Of a stretch of 64,000 nucleotides of DNA, positions 21,358 to 31,237 are shown piece by piece; within the stretch, counting starts at the first letter, position 1, and each line of letters opens with the position of its first letter. Source of the DNA: an uncultured Kiloniella sp. (GTDB lineage Bacteria > Pseudomonadota > Alphaproteobacteria > Kiloniellales > Kiloniellaceae). The notes under the pieces were generated by a model. It did not search any database and was not told where the DNA came from. It was given only the letters and a program-made list of their open reading frames with translations. The stretch lies in assembly GCF_937128705.1 (NCBI RefSeq), contig NZ_CAKZMP010000156.1, positions 1,906-65,905 on the forward strand, read 5' to 3'. The position numbers and the translations under genes were made by a program.

Positions 21358-23208
21358 GTGCCTGAGTATCGTTCAAGAACCTCCACCCATGGCAGAAACA
21401 TGGCAGGTGCCCGCGGCCTATGGCGCGCGACTGGTATGAAAGATGATGATTTCGGAAAACCGATCATTGCCATAGCCAACTCATTCACACAGTTTGTCCC
21501 CGGCCATGTTCACCTGAAAGATCTAGGCGGACTGGTTGCCGATGAAATCGAAAAATCAGGCGGTGTTGCGAAAGAGTTCAATACCATTGCTGTAGATGAT
21601 GGCATCGCTATGGGACACGACGGCATGCTTTATAGCCTGCCCTCACGCGAAGTCATTGCTGATGCCGTTGAATACATGTGTAACGCGCACTGTGCTGACG
21701 CTGTCGTTTGTATTTCCAACTGTGATAAAATCACCCCGGGTATGCTCATGGCTGCAATGCGCCTGAACATTCCTGCAATCTTTATTTCCGGTGGCCCAAT
21801 GGAAGCCGGAAAAATCGTTCTGGATGGAAAAGAACGTAAACTAGATCTCGTTGATGCCATGGTTGATGCCGCGGATCCAAACGTCAGTGACGAAGATGTT
21901 GCTGCGATTGAAAGATCCGCTTGTCCAACCTGTGGTTCTTGTTCTGGAATGTTTACGGCAAACTCTATGAACTGCTTGAGTGAGGCCATGGGTCTTTCTC
22001 TTCCTGGTAACGGCTCCTTACTTGCAACCCATAAGAAACGTGGTGAACTATTCAGAGAAGCCGGCCGTCGTATTGTCGAGCTCGCAAAACGTTACTACCA
22101 AGAAGGTGATGAGAGCGTGACACCACGTGGTATAGCGAACTTTGAAACATATCAGAACGCTATGGTCCTCGACATTGCCATGGGTGGTTCAACAAATACA
22201 ATCCTTCACATCCTTGCGATGGCAAAAGAGGGTGGTGTTGACTTCTCCATGTCAGACATTGATGCCCTTTCAAGAAAAGTACCTCAGTTGGCCAAAGTCG
22301 CGCCATCCACAACCAAGTACCATATGGAAGACGTCCACCGTGCTGGTGGTATTATGGGGCTTTTGGCTGAACTTGATCGCTGCGGACTAATTCATCGCGA
22401 TCGCCCGACAGTTCACGAAAAAACACTCGGTGATGCGATTGATAAATGGGACATCATGACCACTGATGATCCCGAGGTGAAAAAGTTCTATTCTGCGGCA
22501 CCCGGTGGCGTACGAACCACGGAAGCCTTCAGTCAAGATCGCTATTACTCATCTCTAGATGATGACCGTGCCAATGGCTGTATCCACAGTGGTGAGTATG
22601 CATTTAGCCAAGAAGGTGGTCTTGCTGTTTTGTTTGGAAACATTGCCCTGGACGGTTGCGTCGTTAAAACAGCTGGCGTCGATGATTCTATCCTGAAATT
22701 CACAGGAAGCGCACGCATTTTCGAATCCCAGGATGCAGCCGTAGCAGGCGTACTCAGCGGTGAAGTAGTCGCCGGTGATGTTGTTGTTATCCGCTACGAA
22801 GGCCCCAAAGGTGGCCCAGGTATGCAGGAAATGCTCTACCCGACCAGTTACCTGAAATCCATGGGACTTGGAAAAGCCTGTGCCCTTTTAACTGACGGGC
22901 GTTTCTCTGGCGGCACATCTGGTCTATCAATTGGTCACGCATCTCCTGAGGCAGCACAAGGTGGCGCAATCGGTCTTGTTGAGGCAGGTGATGCGATAGA
23001 AATTGATATTCCGAACCGGACAATTAACGTACTCGTCAGTGATGAAGAACTCGACATGCGCCGAAAAGCTATGGATGCCAAAGGCAAAGATGGCTGGAAG
23101 CCTGTGAAACCACGCGACCGCAAAGTAAGTTCAGCCCTTAAAGCCTACGCTCATTTCACAACATCGGCCGACAAAGGTGCTTATCGCGATGTTGATCAAT
23201 ACGACTGA
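21358..23208 (+). CDS. ilvD: Dihydroxy-acid dehydratase
   Basis: [59 protein letters not shown]; GTG start. Confidence 0.98.
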   Translation: MPEYRSRTSTHGRNMAGARGLWRATGMKDDDFGKPIIAIANSFTQFVPGHVHLKDLGGLVADEIEKSGGVAKEFNTIAVDDGIAMGHDGMLYSLPSREVIADAVEYMCNAHCADAVVCISNCDKITPGMLMAAMRLNIPAIFISGGPMEAGKIVLDGKERKLDLVDAMVDAADPNVSDEDVAAIERSACPTCGSCSGMFTANSMNCLSEAMGLSLPGNGSLLATHKKRGELFREAGRRIVELAKRYYQEGDESVTPRGIANFETYQNAMVLDIAMGGSTNTILHILAMAKEGGVDFSMSDIDALSRKVPQLAKVAPSTTKYHMEDVHRAGGIMGLLAELDRCGLIHRDRPTVHEKTLGDAIDKWDIMTTDDPEVKKFYSAAPGGVRTTEAFSQDRYYSSLDDDRANGCIHSGEYAFSQEGGLAVLFGNIALDGCVVKTAGVDDSILKFTGSARIFESQDAAVAGVLSGEVVAGDVVVIRYEGPKGGPGMQEMLYPTSYLKSMGLGKACALLTDGRFSGGTSGLSIGHASPEAAQGGAIGLVEAGDAIEIDIPNRTINVLVSDEELDMRRKAMDAKGKDGWKPVKPRDRKVSSALKAYAHFTTSADKGAYRDVDQYD

Positions 23209-23234
23209 TAGATAAACATCTATCCTTAAGTAAA

Positions 23235-23272
23235 AAAAGGCCGCAGAGTTAATCAAAACTCTGCGGCCTTTT
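23235..23272. terminator. Bidirectional intrinsic terminator between ilvD and the TetR gene
   Basis: Perfect stem aaaaggccgcagagtt / aactctgcggcctttt with A and T runs on both sides, between convergent genes. Confidence 0.85.
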
Positions 23273-23299
23273 ATTTATCTGGAAGGAATGTTTTCTTAG

Positions 23300-23923
23300 T
23301 TACCGAAACGCAAGAGAAATCATTTCCAGTAAAAAGTCCCTGCCCTTTTTATAAAGAACCTCTTGATCATTTCCTTTTGCATTTGCCAAAGGTGTCACCA
23401 GAGCTCTTTCAAAGTGGAAAATTAACGTTCCATGCTCCTGAAGCTCATATTCCGAAAGATATGCTCCTTGATTAGCCATCAGCTTGGCTAATCGTTTCGA
23501 CAGAAGAATACTATGATCAAGATCCAATTGCCTTAGATCTTCATTCATCCCCATGGCTTTCAGCAATCGATCCCGAACAATTAAATCTGTTTGAACCTGA
23601 TTGAGAGCATCAAATATTTTACTAAAAAGCTTACGCCATCCCATCTGCCTGGATTGTTTCATTTCCATGCGATCAAAGACGTCATCCATTTCACTCAACC
23701 ATCTTTGATAAAGGGCAAAGATAATGGCTTCTTTGTTTGGAAAGAACTGATAGAGCGTTGCGATATTAACGTCGGCAAGTTCAGAAATACGGCGCGTGGT
23801 CAACTTGTCCACACTGCTCGTTGTCAACAATGTTGATGCAGCAAGCAATATTCTCTCAACACGCTGCTTAGATCTTTGCTGGGCTGGCAACCGCCGCCGG
23901 ACTAATGTAAGGCTTGGAGTCAT
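23300..23923 (-). CDS. TetR/AcrR family transcriptional regulator
   Basis: PAQQRSKQRVERIL then HTH LTTRRISELADVNIATLYQFFPNKEAI. Confidence 0.9.
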   Translation of the reverse strand: MTPSLTLVRRRLPAQQRSKQRVERILLAASTLLTTSSVDKLTTRRISELADVNIATLYQFFPNKEAIIFALYQRWLSEMDDVFDRMEMKQSRQMGWRKLFSKIFDALNQVQTDLIVRDRLLKAMGMNEDLRQLDLDHSILLSKRLAKLMANQGAYLSEYELQEHGTLIFHFERALVTPLANAKGNDQEVLYKKGRDFLLEMISLAFR

Positions 23924-23980
23924 CTCGTAAATCTTTGGTTATCATTTTTTATGAGAATACTAAGACCAGAGATAATTTTA

Positions 23981-24000
23981 TATACGTAGATAAACGTATA
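23981..24000. promoter_or_regulatory. Candidate TetR operator palindrome
   Basis: TATACGT-N6-ACGTATA about 60-80 nt upstream of the TetR start codon. Confidence 0.4.
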
Positions 24001-24039
24001 ATGCCCTAAAACAGCATTTTTGCACTGCCATTCAAACAC

Positions 24040-24066
24040 AAAAAAGCCGCCCAAATGAGCGGCTTT
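24040..24066 (-). terminator. Intrinsic terminator of valS
   Basis: aaagccgc / gcggcttt stem followed by a T-run on the minus strand, 33 nt after the valS stop. Confidence 0.75.
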
Positions 24067-24099
24067 CTTATAAGTTCATCAAAATGACAAATATTTCTT

Positions 24100-26751
24100 T
24101 TAGAGATCGGCAATCCGCGCCAGCGCTTCATCCAGTTTTATTTTCACGGACATAAACTCTTCCCGACGGGCTTTCTTTTCCTCAACAACTTGTTCAGGTG
24201 CTCGGGAAACGAAATTTTCGTTCGAGAGTTGCTTGTCAATTTTCGCAATCTCTTCGAGCGTTTTTTCCATTTCTTTATTCAGGCGAGCTGTCTCTTGCTC
24301 AACGTCAATGATACCTTCAAGTGGTAGCGCGAAAGTCGCATCATCAAGCACAATCTGAATAGCTCCTTGCGGTAGATCTTCGTCTGTAAAATCAACAGAG
24401 GAAAGACCAGCAAGCCACTTCACAACATCTTTATACTGACCAATCTTAGCCTTGACTGCATCAGAACCGTCTTTGAGCAAAAGCGGTGCCTTTAGTTTTG
24501 GCGGGGTGTTGAGTTCCGCACGTGTAGCCCGGATATCAGAGATAAGCTTGATAACCCAATCCATCTCTTTATCAACATCAGCATCCGTATGGCGTTCGTC
24601 AAACTTTGGCCAAGACGAAGAAATAAGCGGTGTCGCCCCTTTATTGCCCAGGTTTTCCCAAAGTTCCTCGGTAATATACGGCATAATTGGATGTAACAAA
24701 TGAAGTGTTTGCGCCAAAACCCATGCAATAGTCGCTTTGGTTTCTTTAGTCGTTGCCTCATTCCCCGCAGCCAATACAGGCTTTGTGAATTCCACATACC
24801 AGTCACAGTATTCATTCCAGAAGAAACGATAAAGCGCGTTGGCGGCATCGTTAAAACGGTAATCATCCAGTGCTTTGTCAACGGCCCCAGTCGCAGCAGC
24901 AACACGCCCGACGATCCACTTATTAATCGGCTCGTTACAGCTCAGCGGATCAAAACCCGGATCGTAAACAGCACCATTCATCTGGCTATAGATCGATGCA
25001 TTCCAGAGCTTGGTTCCAAAGTTGCGATAGCCTTCAACACGGGATGATGCCAGTTTGATATCACGACCAGGTGCCGCCATCGCCGCAAGAGTAAACCTTA
25101 ATGCATCACAACTGTATTCAGAAATAACTTCCAGAGGGTCAATAACATTACCCTTGGACTTGGACATCTTTTGTCCGTTTTCGTCGCGCACAAGTGCGTG
25201 GATATAAACGGTCTTAAACGGCACCTCTTTCATAAAGTGCATGCCCATCATCATCATTCTGGCAACCCAGAAGAAGATAATGTCAAAACCAGTCACCAAC
25301 ACATCACCGGGATAATAGCGCTCAAGCTCTTTCGTTGTTTCTGGCCATCCAATAGTAGAGAAAGGCCAAAGAGCAGATGAGAACCAAGTATCCAGAACAT
25401 CTGGATCCCGGGTCAGTTCAACTTCTTTGCCAAATTTAGCCAAAGCAGCTGCTTTGGCTTCTTCTTCAGTTTCTTCGACAAAAATTTCACCGTCAGGACC
25501 GTACCACGCCGGAATTTGGTGGCCCCACCACAATTGACGGGACACACACCATGGTTGGATATTACGCATCCAATCATAGTAGGTGTTTTCCCATTGTTTA
25601 GGGACGATTTCAGTCTTGCCAGTTTCAACAGCTTCCAAAGCCGGTTTGGCAAGTGTCGCGGCATCAACATACCATTGATCAGTAAGCCATGGTTCAATTG
25701 GAACGTTTGATCTGTCGCCATAAGGAACAGAGTTCAAGTGGTCATCAATCTTGTCGAGAAGTCCAAGCTCTTCAAATTTGGCAACAATTTTCTTACGCGC
25801 AACAAAACGATCCAGTCCTTGATAATCATCCGGCGCATTTTCATTGATGTGCGCGAATTTATCAAAAACATTGATCATTTCCAGATTACAGCGGCGACCA
25901 ACTTCAAAGTCGTTGAAATCGTGCGCAGGGGTAATTTTTACCGCACCAGAACCCGTTTCAGGGTCAGCATATTCATCCGCAACAATCGGGATCAAGCGAC
26001 CAACAATCGGCAACTTCACATTCTTGCCGATCAGGTCTTTGTAACGATCATCATCAGGATGCACAGCAACACCGGTATCACCCAGCATTGTTTCAGGGCG
26101 AGTAGTGGCAACAACAATGTATTTACCGTCTTCGCCATCAATCGGATAACGGAAATGCCAAAGCTTACCGTTACTTTCTTTTTGAACAACTTCAAGATCA
26201 GAAATCGCAGTCAGAAGCTTTGGATCCCAGTTTACAAGACGTTTGTCTTTATAGATCAAACCTTCTTTATGAAGCTGAACAAAAACCTTGCGAACAGCTT
26301 CTGAAAGCCCTTCGTCCATTGTAAAGCGTTCACGCGGCCAATCAGCAGAAGCACCGAGATGACGAAGCTGCTTAACAATTGCTCCGCCGGACTCTTCTTT
26401 CCACTCCCAAACAGAATTCAGGAATTTTTCGCGACCAAGATCGTGTCTGGAAATTCCCTTTTCAGCCAACTGGCGTTCAACAACCATCTGGGTTGCGATA
26501 CCTGCGTGGTCAGTTCCTGGTTGCCAGAGAACATCATGACCTTTCATGCGCTTATACCGAACAAGGACGTCTTGCAGGGTAAAAGTCAAAGCATGGCCCA
26601 TGTGGAGATTCCCCGTGACGTTCGGTGGGGGCATCATAATGGTATAAGGGTCAGACGGGGAATTAGGATCTGCGGAGAAAGCTCCGGATTTTTCCCAACG
26701 CTCGTAATGCTTTGCCTCAACTTTTTCAGGGCAATAGGTTTTGTCCAGCAT
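24100..26751 (-). CDS. valS: Valine--tRNA ligase
   Basis: PPPNVTGNLHMGHA, GTDHAGIATQ, WCVSRQLWWGHQIP, KMSKSKGN; likely ATG at 26751. Confidence 0.98.
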   Translation of the reverse strand: MLDKTYCPEKVEAKHYERWEKSGAFSADPNSPSDPYTIMMPPPNVTGNLHMGHALTFTLQDVLVRYKRMKGHDVLWQPGTDHAGIATQMVVERQLAEKGISRHDLGREKFLNSVWEWKEESGGAIVKQLRHLGASADWPRERFTMDEGLSEAVRKVFVQLHKEGLIYKDKRLVNWDPKLLTAISDLEVVQKESNGKLWHFRYPIDGEDGKYIVVATTRPETMLGDTGVAVHPDDDRYKDLIGKNVKLPIVGRLIPIVADEYADPETGSGAVKITPAHDFNDFEVGRRCNLEMINVFDKFAHINENAPDDYQGLDRFVARKKIVAKFEELGLLDKIDDHLNSVPYGDRSNVPIEPWLTDQWYVDAATLAKPALEAVETGKTEIVPKQWENTYYDWMRNIQPWCVSRQLWWGHQIPAWYGPDGEIFVEETEEEAKAAALAKFGKEVELTRDPDVLDTWFSSALWPFSTIGWPETTKELERYYPGDVLVTGFDIIFFWVARMMMMGMHFMKEVPFKTVYIHALVRDENGQKMSKSKGNVIDPLEVISEYSCDALRFTLAAMAAPGRDIKLASSRVEGYRNFGTKLWNASIYSQMNGAVYDPGFDPLSCNEPINKWIVGRVAAATGAVDKALDDYRFNDAANALYRFFWNEYCDWYVEFTKPVLAAGNEATTKETKATIAWVLAQTLHLLHPIMPYITEELWENLGNKGATPLISSSWPKFDERHTDADVDKEMDWVIKLISDIRATRAELNTPPKLKAPLLLKDGSDAVKAKIGQYKDVVKWLAGLSSVDFTDEDLPQGAIQIVLDDATFALPLEGIIDVEQETARLNKEMEKTLEEIAKIDKQLSNENFVSRAPEQVVEEKKARREEFMSVKIKLDEALARIADL

Positions 26752-26837
26752 TACTGGGTTCCTCTTAACTAAATATTCTATGTGAAATAATGCTAGCATT
26801 TGCTAGCAGTTTCGGAAGAAAAAAGAAAGTCCGAGCC

Positions 26838-27611
26838 TTATAAATCTTCGGCCCGGCGCACCATCTTTTTAATTTCCTCGCGGACAATCCGCTCAACCAT
26901 AGGGCCTAAGCGGACATCAAGCCATGCTTTAAGCTCGGGGACGAGTGCTTCGCGAACGATATCTTCTAGGGTTTTTCCTGTACCAATGGCTAAGGAACGC
27001 TGCACAACAGCAGCACGCGCTATTTCAGATAGCGCCGAGGACGTTGAATCCTGAGTTTCTTCCTGAAGGATACTATCAGCATCAGGCGCATCAAGATCGA
27101 TATCGTTACCCACATCAAAACTTACAGGTTCATCTACGGGCGTTTCAGATACTGCAGCAACCTCGATCTCGTCTTCAACTTCATCAAAAGAAATATCTCC
27201 GAGATCATCATCTTCAACAGACTCTAGATCAGATTCCATTTCAGGTTCGTCAACTGCGGCTGCGGCTTCAACTTCAATCTCGTCATCTTCAGGCTCATCC
27301 TCTTCGGGCTCACCCATTGATGCTCTAAAGTCTTCTTCAATCGAATCTTCATCAGAAGCCGCTTCTAAAGGGCCCTCTTCCATATCAGATTCTTCAGGGA
27401 CAGACTCATCGTCCTCAGAAACCTCATCGGTTAGCTCGAGAACATCATCCTCTTCTGCTTCAGGTTCTGCTGCCGCAGGCTCTTGTGCCTGAGCTTCATC
27501 CCCCTCACCTTTGGCTCCATCACCTTCTGGATCGTCTTCGGAAATAATTCGGCGAATTGATGCCAGAATTTCTTCCATTGATGGTTCACCCTGGGCTTCT
27601 TGATCACTCAT
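26838..27611 (-). CDS. popZ: Polar organizing protein PopZ-like (DUF2497)
   Basis: N-terminal EPSMEEILASIRRIISED, long Asp/Glu-rich linker, C-terminal TLEDIVREALVPELKAWLD...VERIVREEI; tolC-popZ-valS synteny. Confidence 0.88.
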   Translation of the reverse strand: MSDQEAQGEPSMEEILASIRRIISEDDPEGDGAKGEGDEAQAQEPAAAEPEAEEDDVLELTDEVSEDDESVPEESDMEEGPLEAASDEDSIEEDFRASMGEPEEDEPEDDEIEVEAAAAVDEPEMESDLESVEDDDLGDISFDEVEDEIEVAAVSETPVDEPVSFDVGNDIDLDAPDADSILQEETQDSTSSALSEIARAAVVQRSLAIGTGKTLEDIVREALVPELKAWLDVRLGPMVERIVREEIKKMVRRAEDL

Positions 27612-27716
27612 TGAAATGCTGTCCCACCGCTTCCTTAACTGCGAACACTACCTGTTACCAATACAATTTCGGTAATATACGTTAGATATTATTGAAAAAG
27701 AAGGGCTTTTGCACGC

Positions 27717-29177
27717 CTATTTTTCAATACCCAACCCAAACCACTTATCTCTCACGTTATTATAGTCTTCTGCCGGATCAAAGACATTAACAGGCAAACC
27801 AATATACTGTGCAGTCATTTGCCCCATAGAGCTCAAAACCTGATAAGTAGCAACAACTTCATCTCGTTGTGCTCTGACAAGGTTAACCTGTGCATCCAGA
27901 AGTTCCTGTTCAGCATCAAGTACATCCAACACCGTTCTTTCACCAACTTCTTCTTCCTGGCGCACACCGTCCAAGGCAATTTCAGCGGCATCAACAGAAG
28001 ACGTAAAGGATTTGATCTGTGCCTGAGAACTAATCAGATTTTCCCAAGATGATACGCCTTGTTGCTCAACCGCACGCATCTGCTCAACAATTTGGATTCT
28101 ACGCTGATTTGCAGTTTGCTTAGCCTGACGCACCCGACTGCTAACCAACCCCTGTTGATAAATCGGCACAACCAACTGCGCCAAAATTTCACCAGATGTG
28201 CTATCAATATCCTCACCAGATGTTTCGTCAGAACGACTGACCCGTCCGACCAATGACAAGTCCGGGTATAGTTCGCCAGTTATTTCCCTGACTTGGTTTT
28301 TGGACGCCATTTCATTGTATTTAGCAGCAAGAAGTGCCGGATTATTTTCTCGCGCTACACCTAAAAGTTCATCTTCACTTGCGGGTAAAACAGCGAAAGG
28401 ATTAGGACGCGCCAGTGCTTCATCAGGATACTCGCCAACCACCTCTTCAAACACGGCCTTTGAAGAATTTAACGTTCCTTCCGAAGCAATACGCTGAGCA
28501 GTAGAAGTCGAATATCTGGATTCTGCTTGTGCAACATCCGTCCTTGTTAACTCACCAACATCAAAACGATCACGTGTTGCTTCAAACTGTCTTGCCAGAA
28601 CTCTTTCATTGTTAATGTTAAGATCTAGAATAGCTTGATCACGCCAGACATCCGCATAGGCGGTTACTGCCCGTAACAGAACATCCTGTTCCACAGAGGT
28701 AACAGACGCACGCTCGGCAAGTACTAGATTTTCTGCTTGCTCTGTTGCCGCCTGAGTACGTCCTCCCTGATAGAGAGATTGCGTTACCTGTAATGTAGCA
28801 TTCAATGGCTGTGTATTATCAGTAGAATCTCCGGTTGGGGTGTCAGTATCAGTTCTGCGGACCCCAGCAGAAGACGTAATTCTGACATCAGGCCGCCAAG
28901 CAGATAGCGCTTGAGGAACACCTTCGTTAACAGATTTCAAGCCAGTTTGCGCACTAGACAGTGATGGATTGGTCTCATAGGCCTTAATCAAAGACTCATT
29001 CAGGGTTTGAGCCATAACACCGCCGCCCCCAAAGCCGCCGGAAAGCCCAGTGTAAACTGCGACACTAACAATGGCACATCGACTTAAAAGCGCTTTTTTC
29101 GTGTTTCCGATAGATTTAATCATCACGTTGTCCAAAATTAATCCAATGCCAAACTTAATCTGATAACGGCCCCGCAT
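27717..29177 (-). CDS. tolC: TolC family outer membrane channel
   Basis: QTLNESLIKAYETNPSL, ATRDRFDVGELTRTDVAQAE, VGERTVLDVLDAEQEL; true start may lie slightly downstream (e.g. 29123). Confidence 0.92.
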   Translation of the reverse strand: MRGRYQIKFGIGLILDNVMIKSIGNTKKALLSRCAIVSVAVYTGLSGGFGGGGVMAQTLNESLIKAYETNPSLSSAQTGLKSVNEGVPQALSAWRPDVRITSSAGVRRTDTDTPTGDSTDNTQPLNATLQVTQSLYQGGRTQAATEQAENLVLAERASVTSVEQDVLLRAVTAYADVWRDQAILDLNINNERVLARQFEATRDRFDVGELTRTDVAQAESRYSTSTAQRIASEGTLNSSKAVFEEVVGEYPDEALARPNPFAVLPASEDELLGVARENNPALLAAKYNEMASKNQVREITGELYPDLSLVGRVSRSDETSGEDIDSTSGEILAQLVVPIYQQGLVSSRVRQAKQTANQRRIQIVEQMRAVEQQGVSSWENLISSQAQIKSFTSSVDAAEIALDGVRQEEEVGERTVLDVLDAEQELLDAQVNLVRAQRDEVVATYQVLSSMGQMTAQYIGLPVNVFDPAEDYNNVRDKWFGLGIEK

Positions 29178-29295
29178 TGCGCGGATACCTATATAATGAA
29201 ATGAAACCGTATATGTGGTTTATATCTGTGTCTTTTAAGAGCATACAAAAAGTTATTAAACAGGTCACAGGCTATTTACAACTTTTTGTACATAT

Positions 29296-29319
29296 AAAAA
29301 CTGGCGCAAACTGCGCCAG
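29296..29319 (-). terminator. Intrinsic terminator after pcm2
   Basis: ctggcgca-aac-tgcgccag hairpin followed by TTTTT on the minus strand. Confidence 0.6.
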
Positions 29320-29422
29320 CCTTCCTACAAGCTTTAACGTATAACCTTAGTGCGACCTGTCGTCAGAATATATGACCCAACATTTAAAATTGGATACATA
29401 TTTGGTAGAGCATCAAAATCTA

Positions 29423-30094
29423 TTAAAATGAAAATGCTTCTTTGGCTTCAAAGCCTGGTAACAAAGGTGTATTCGCATCAAAAATCACGCGACCGGAACA
29501 ATTCCCTGCATGCTTTTCAATCAAGGTTGCATGCCCCAGCGTCTGTTTATTTCGGGCATTTACGTCCTGAACAACTGCAATCAAACGCCCATTTTCAGCC
29601 AATTGTTCTAGTAGAGAATCTGGAACTTCAGAAACGGCTCCACCAAAAACAATTAAGTCGTAGGGGGCTTGTTTCGGATAACCTTCAGTCAATTCAGCCT
29701 TAACAGCAACGGCATTTTCTGTTCCGTGCGATGCGAAGCGCTCATTCATCGAATCAACCAGCTCATCCGTATCTTCGATTGCCACAACAACACTGACAAC
29801 TTTGGATAACACAGATGCGGTGTAGCCAGTCCCTGCACCAACAACCAGCGCCGTATCATTTTCCTTGGGGTCAATAGATTGAAGCATACGTGCAAGAACC
29901 ATTGGTTCCATCAAATAGCGGCCATGGTCCAGCGCCAAGTCTTCATCTACATAGGCAATAGCTTTTGAAGCTTCCGGTACGTATTCTTCTCGTGCCACAT
30001 TTTCAAACGCAGACAACACACCGTCATGCGTCACCTTATTGGTGCGCAACTGGCAATTAATCATGTTCATGCGAGCTTGTTCAAAGTTATTCAT
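29423..30094 (-). CDS. Protein-L-isoaspartate O-methyltransferase paralog (alphaproteobacterial Pcm2 type)
   Basis: ARMNMINCQLRTNKV, RYLMEPMVLARML, ALVVGAGTGY, APYDLIVFGGAV; pcm2-tolC synteny. Confidence 0.88.
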   Translation of the reverse strand: MNNFEQARMNMINCQLRTNKVTHDGVLSAFENVAREEYVPEASKAIAYVDEDLALDHGRYLMEPMVLARMLQSIDPKENDTALVVGAGTGYTASVLSKVVSVVVAIEDTDELVDSMNERFASHGTENAVAVKAELTEGYPKQAPYDLIVFGGAVSEVPDSLLEQLAENGRLIAVVQDVNARNKQTLGHATLIEKHAGNCSGRVIFDANTPLLPGFEAKEAFSF

Positions 30095-30317
30095 CGTTAG
30101 AAACGCCGATTATCTGTAAAAATTTTGTGGGATAATAACCAAGTGCCCCCAACCTTTCCAGATAAAGTATCCGTTTTTATTATTTTTATCTAGTTAACAA
30201 AGGTTCTTACAGGGCCTCAACCCAACAATAAGATCCCTTACCCCTACTTTTCACGCCTAAATTACATTGCCAACAGTCCTCCAGCACATAAATGAAACTG
30301 GAATCGAGATTGATCTC

Positions 30318-30346
30318 TTGACCTTCACGATAACCACTACTATACA
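30318..30346 (+). promoter_or_regulatory. sigma70 promoter of tRNA-Cys
   Basis: TTGACC-N17-TATACA followed by a GC-rich discriminator-like stretch (ctgcggc). Confidence 0.65.
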
Positions 30347-30382
30347 CTGCGGCACTGCCAACGAATAAGTATTCGTCAGGAT

Positions 30383-30456
30383 GGCCCGGTGGCAGAGTGG
30401 TGATGCAGAGGACTGCAAATCCTTGTACGTCGGTTCGATTCCGGCCCGGGCCTCCA
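30383..30456 (+). tRNA. tRNA-Cys (GCA)
   Basis: Acceptor stem GGCCCGG/CCGGGCC, anticodon loop CTGCAAA, T-loop GGTTCGATTCC, U73 discriminator, encoded CCA; 74 nt. Confidence 0.98.
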
Positions 30457-30847
30457 AAATATTCATCTTTATGATACCCCCTAATATTTAAAAATCATCC
30501 CGATACATAACCTCGATTAGCAGTGTGTTCTGTTGATTTTATGCATGCTGAATAATAAAACCCTACGCCGTATCTCCTGTATTAGGGTCGCCAGTGCTGA
30601 ATTACCACCAGAGAATCAACAGTGTCAGATTAATCGCATCAGTATTTGATCAGAGTCTTATTACTAGGTAGATGCTTTTAAATCAGAAAACTATATCCGA
30701 TTTTCTATCAGATATCGTGCGAATTATCCTCACTCTTGGTCTTTATCCTTTTGTTAAAAGCCAGAAACCAAGGATAAGAATCTATTTTTCACCTCAGATA
30801 AATCTAGCGAAGTCATAAGCGCCTCAAGCCTTTGATTTAAAAGGAAC

Positions 30848-30907
30848 AAAAAAAATTAAAAAAAATGCATAAAAGTTATTGCCAGCATGTAACACCACTG
30901 TTATAAC
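30848..30907 (+). promoter_or_regulatory. sigma70 promoter of tRNA-Asn with UP-element-like phased A-tracts
   Basis: TTGCCA(30879)-N17-TATAAC(30902); A8 tracts at 30848 and 30858, 10 bp apart. Confidence 0.7.
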
Positions 30908-30942
30908 CCAACCCGTCGCCAACGAGGCGGCACAAACATTGA

Positions 30943-31018
30943 TCCGCGATAGCTCAGTTGGTAGAGCAGGTGACTGTTAATCACCCTGTCGCAGGTTCGA
31001 GTCCTGCTCGCGGAGCCA
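30943..31018 (+). tRNA. tRNA-Asn (GTT)
   Basis: Acceptor stem TCCGCGA/TCGCGGA, D-arm AGCTCAGTTGGTAGAGC, anticodon loop CTGTTAA, T-loop GGTTCGAGTCC, encoded CCA; 76 nt. Confidence 0.98.
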
Positions 31019-31020
31019 TT

Positions 31021-31066
31021 ACAAAAACCCTAAGTTGTTGAATATCAACGACTTAGGGTTTTTTGT
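31021..31066 (+). terminator. Long hairpin terminator after tRNA-Asn
   Basis: aaaaaccctaagttgttga-ata-tcaacgacttagggtttttt, about 19-bp stem with one G-U pair and a T-run. Confidence 0.8.
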
Positions 31067-31237
31067 TACTTTGATCTAAAAAATATCAAACGAAAAACTA
31101 AAACACGTTTACAAACCTTTGCTGGTATAAGTCTTTGCATGCAAGCAATATTATAATTGTCGACCAACCAAGTTTGCTGGATTTTGGCTACACAAATATA
31201 CCCACAAAAAAGTTTAGAACCTATAGAGAATTATAAA

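Noticed and set aside
2888-30094. Two pcm-like genes as a recent duplication
   Set aside because: They are divergent paralogs, each in its usual alphaproteobacterial context (surE-pcm-nlpD and pcm2-tolC)
30257-30466. 69-aa minus-strand ORF (MNILEARAGIEPTYKDLQ...)
   Set aside because: It is the antisense translation of tRNA-Cys, a classic false ORF
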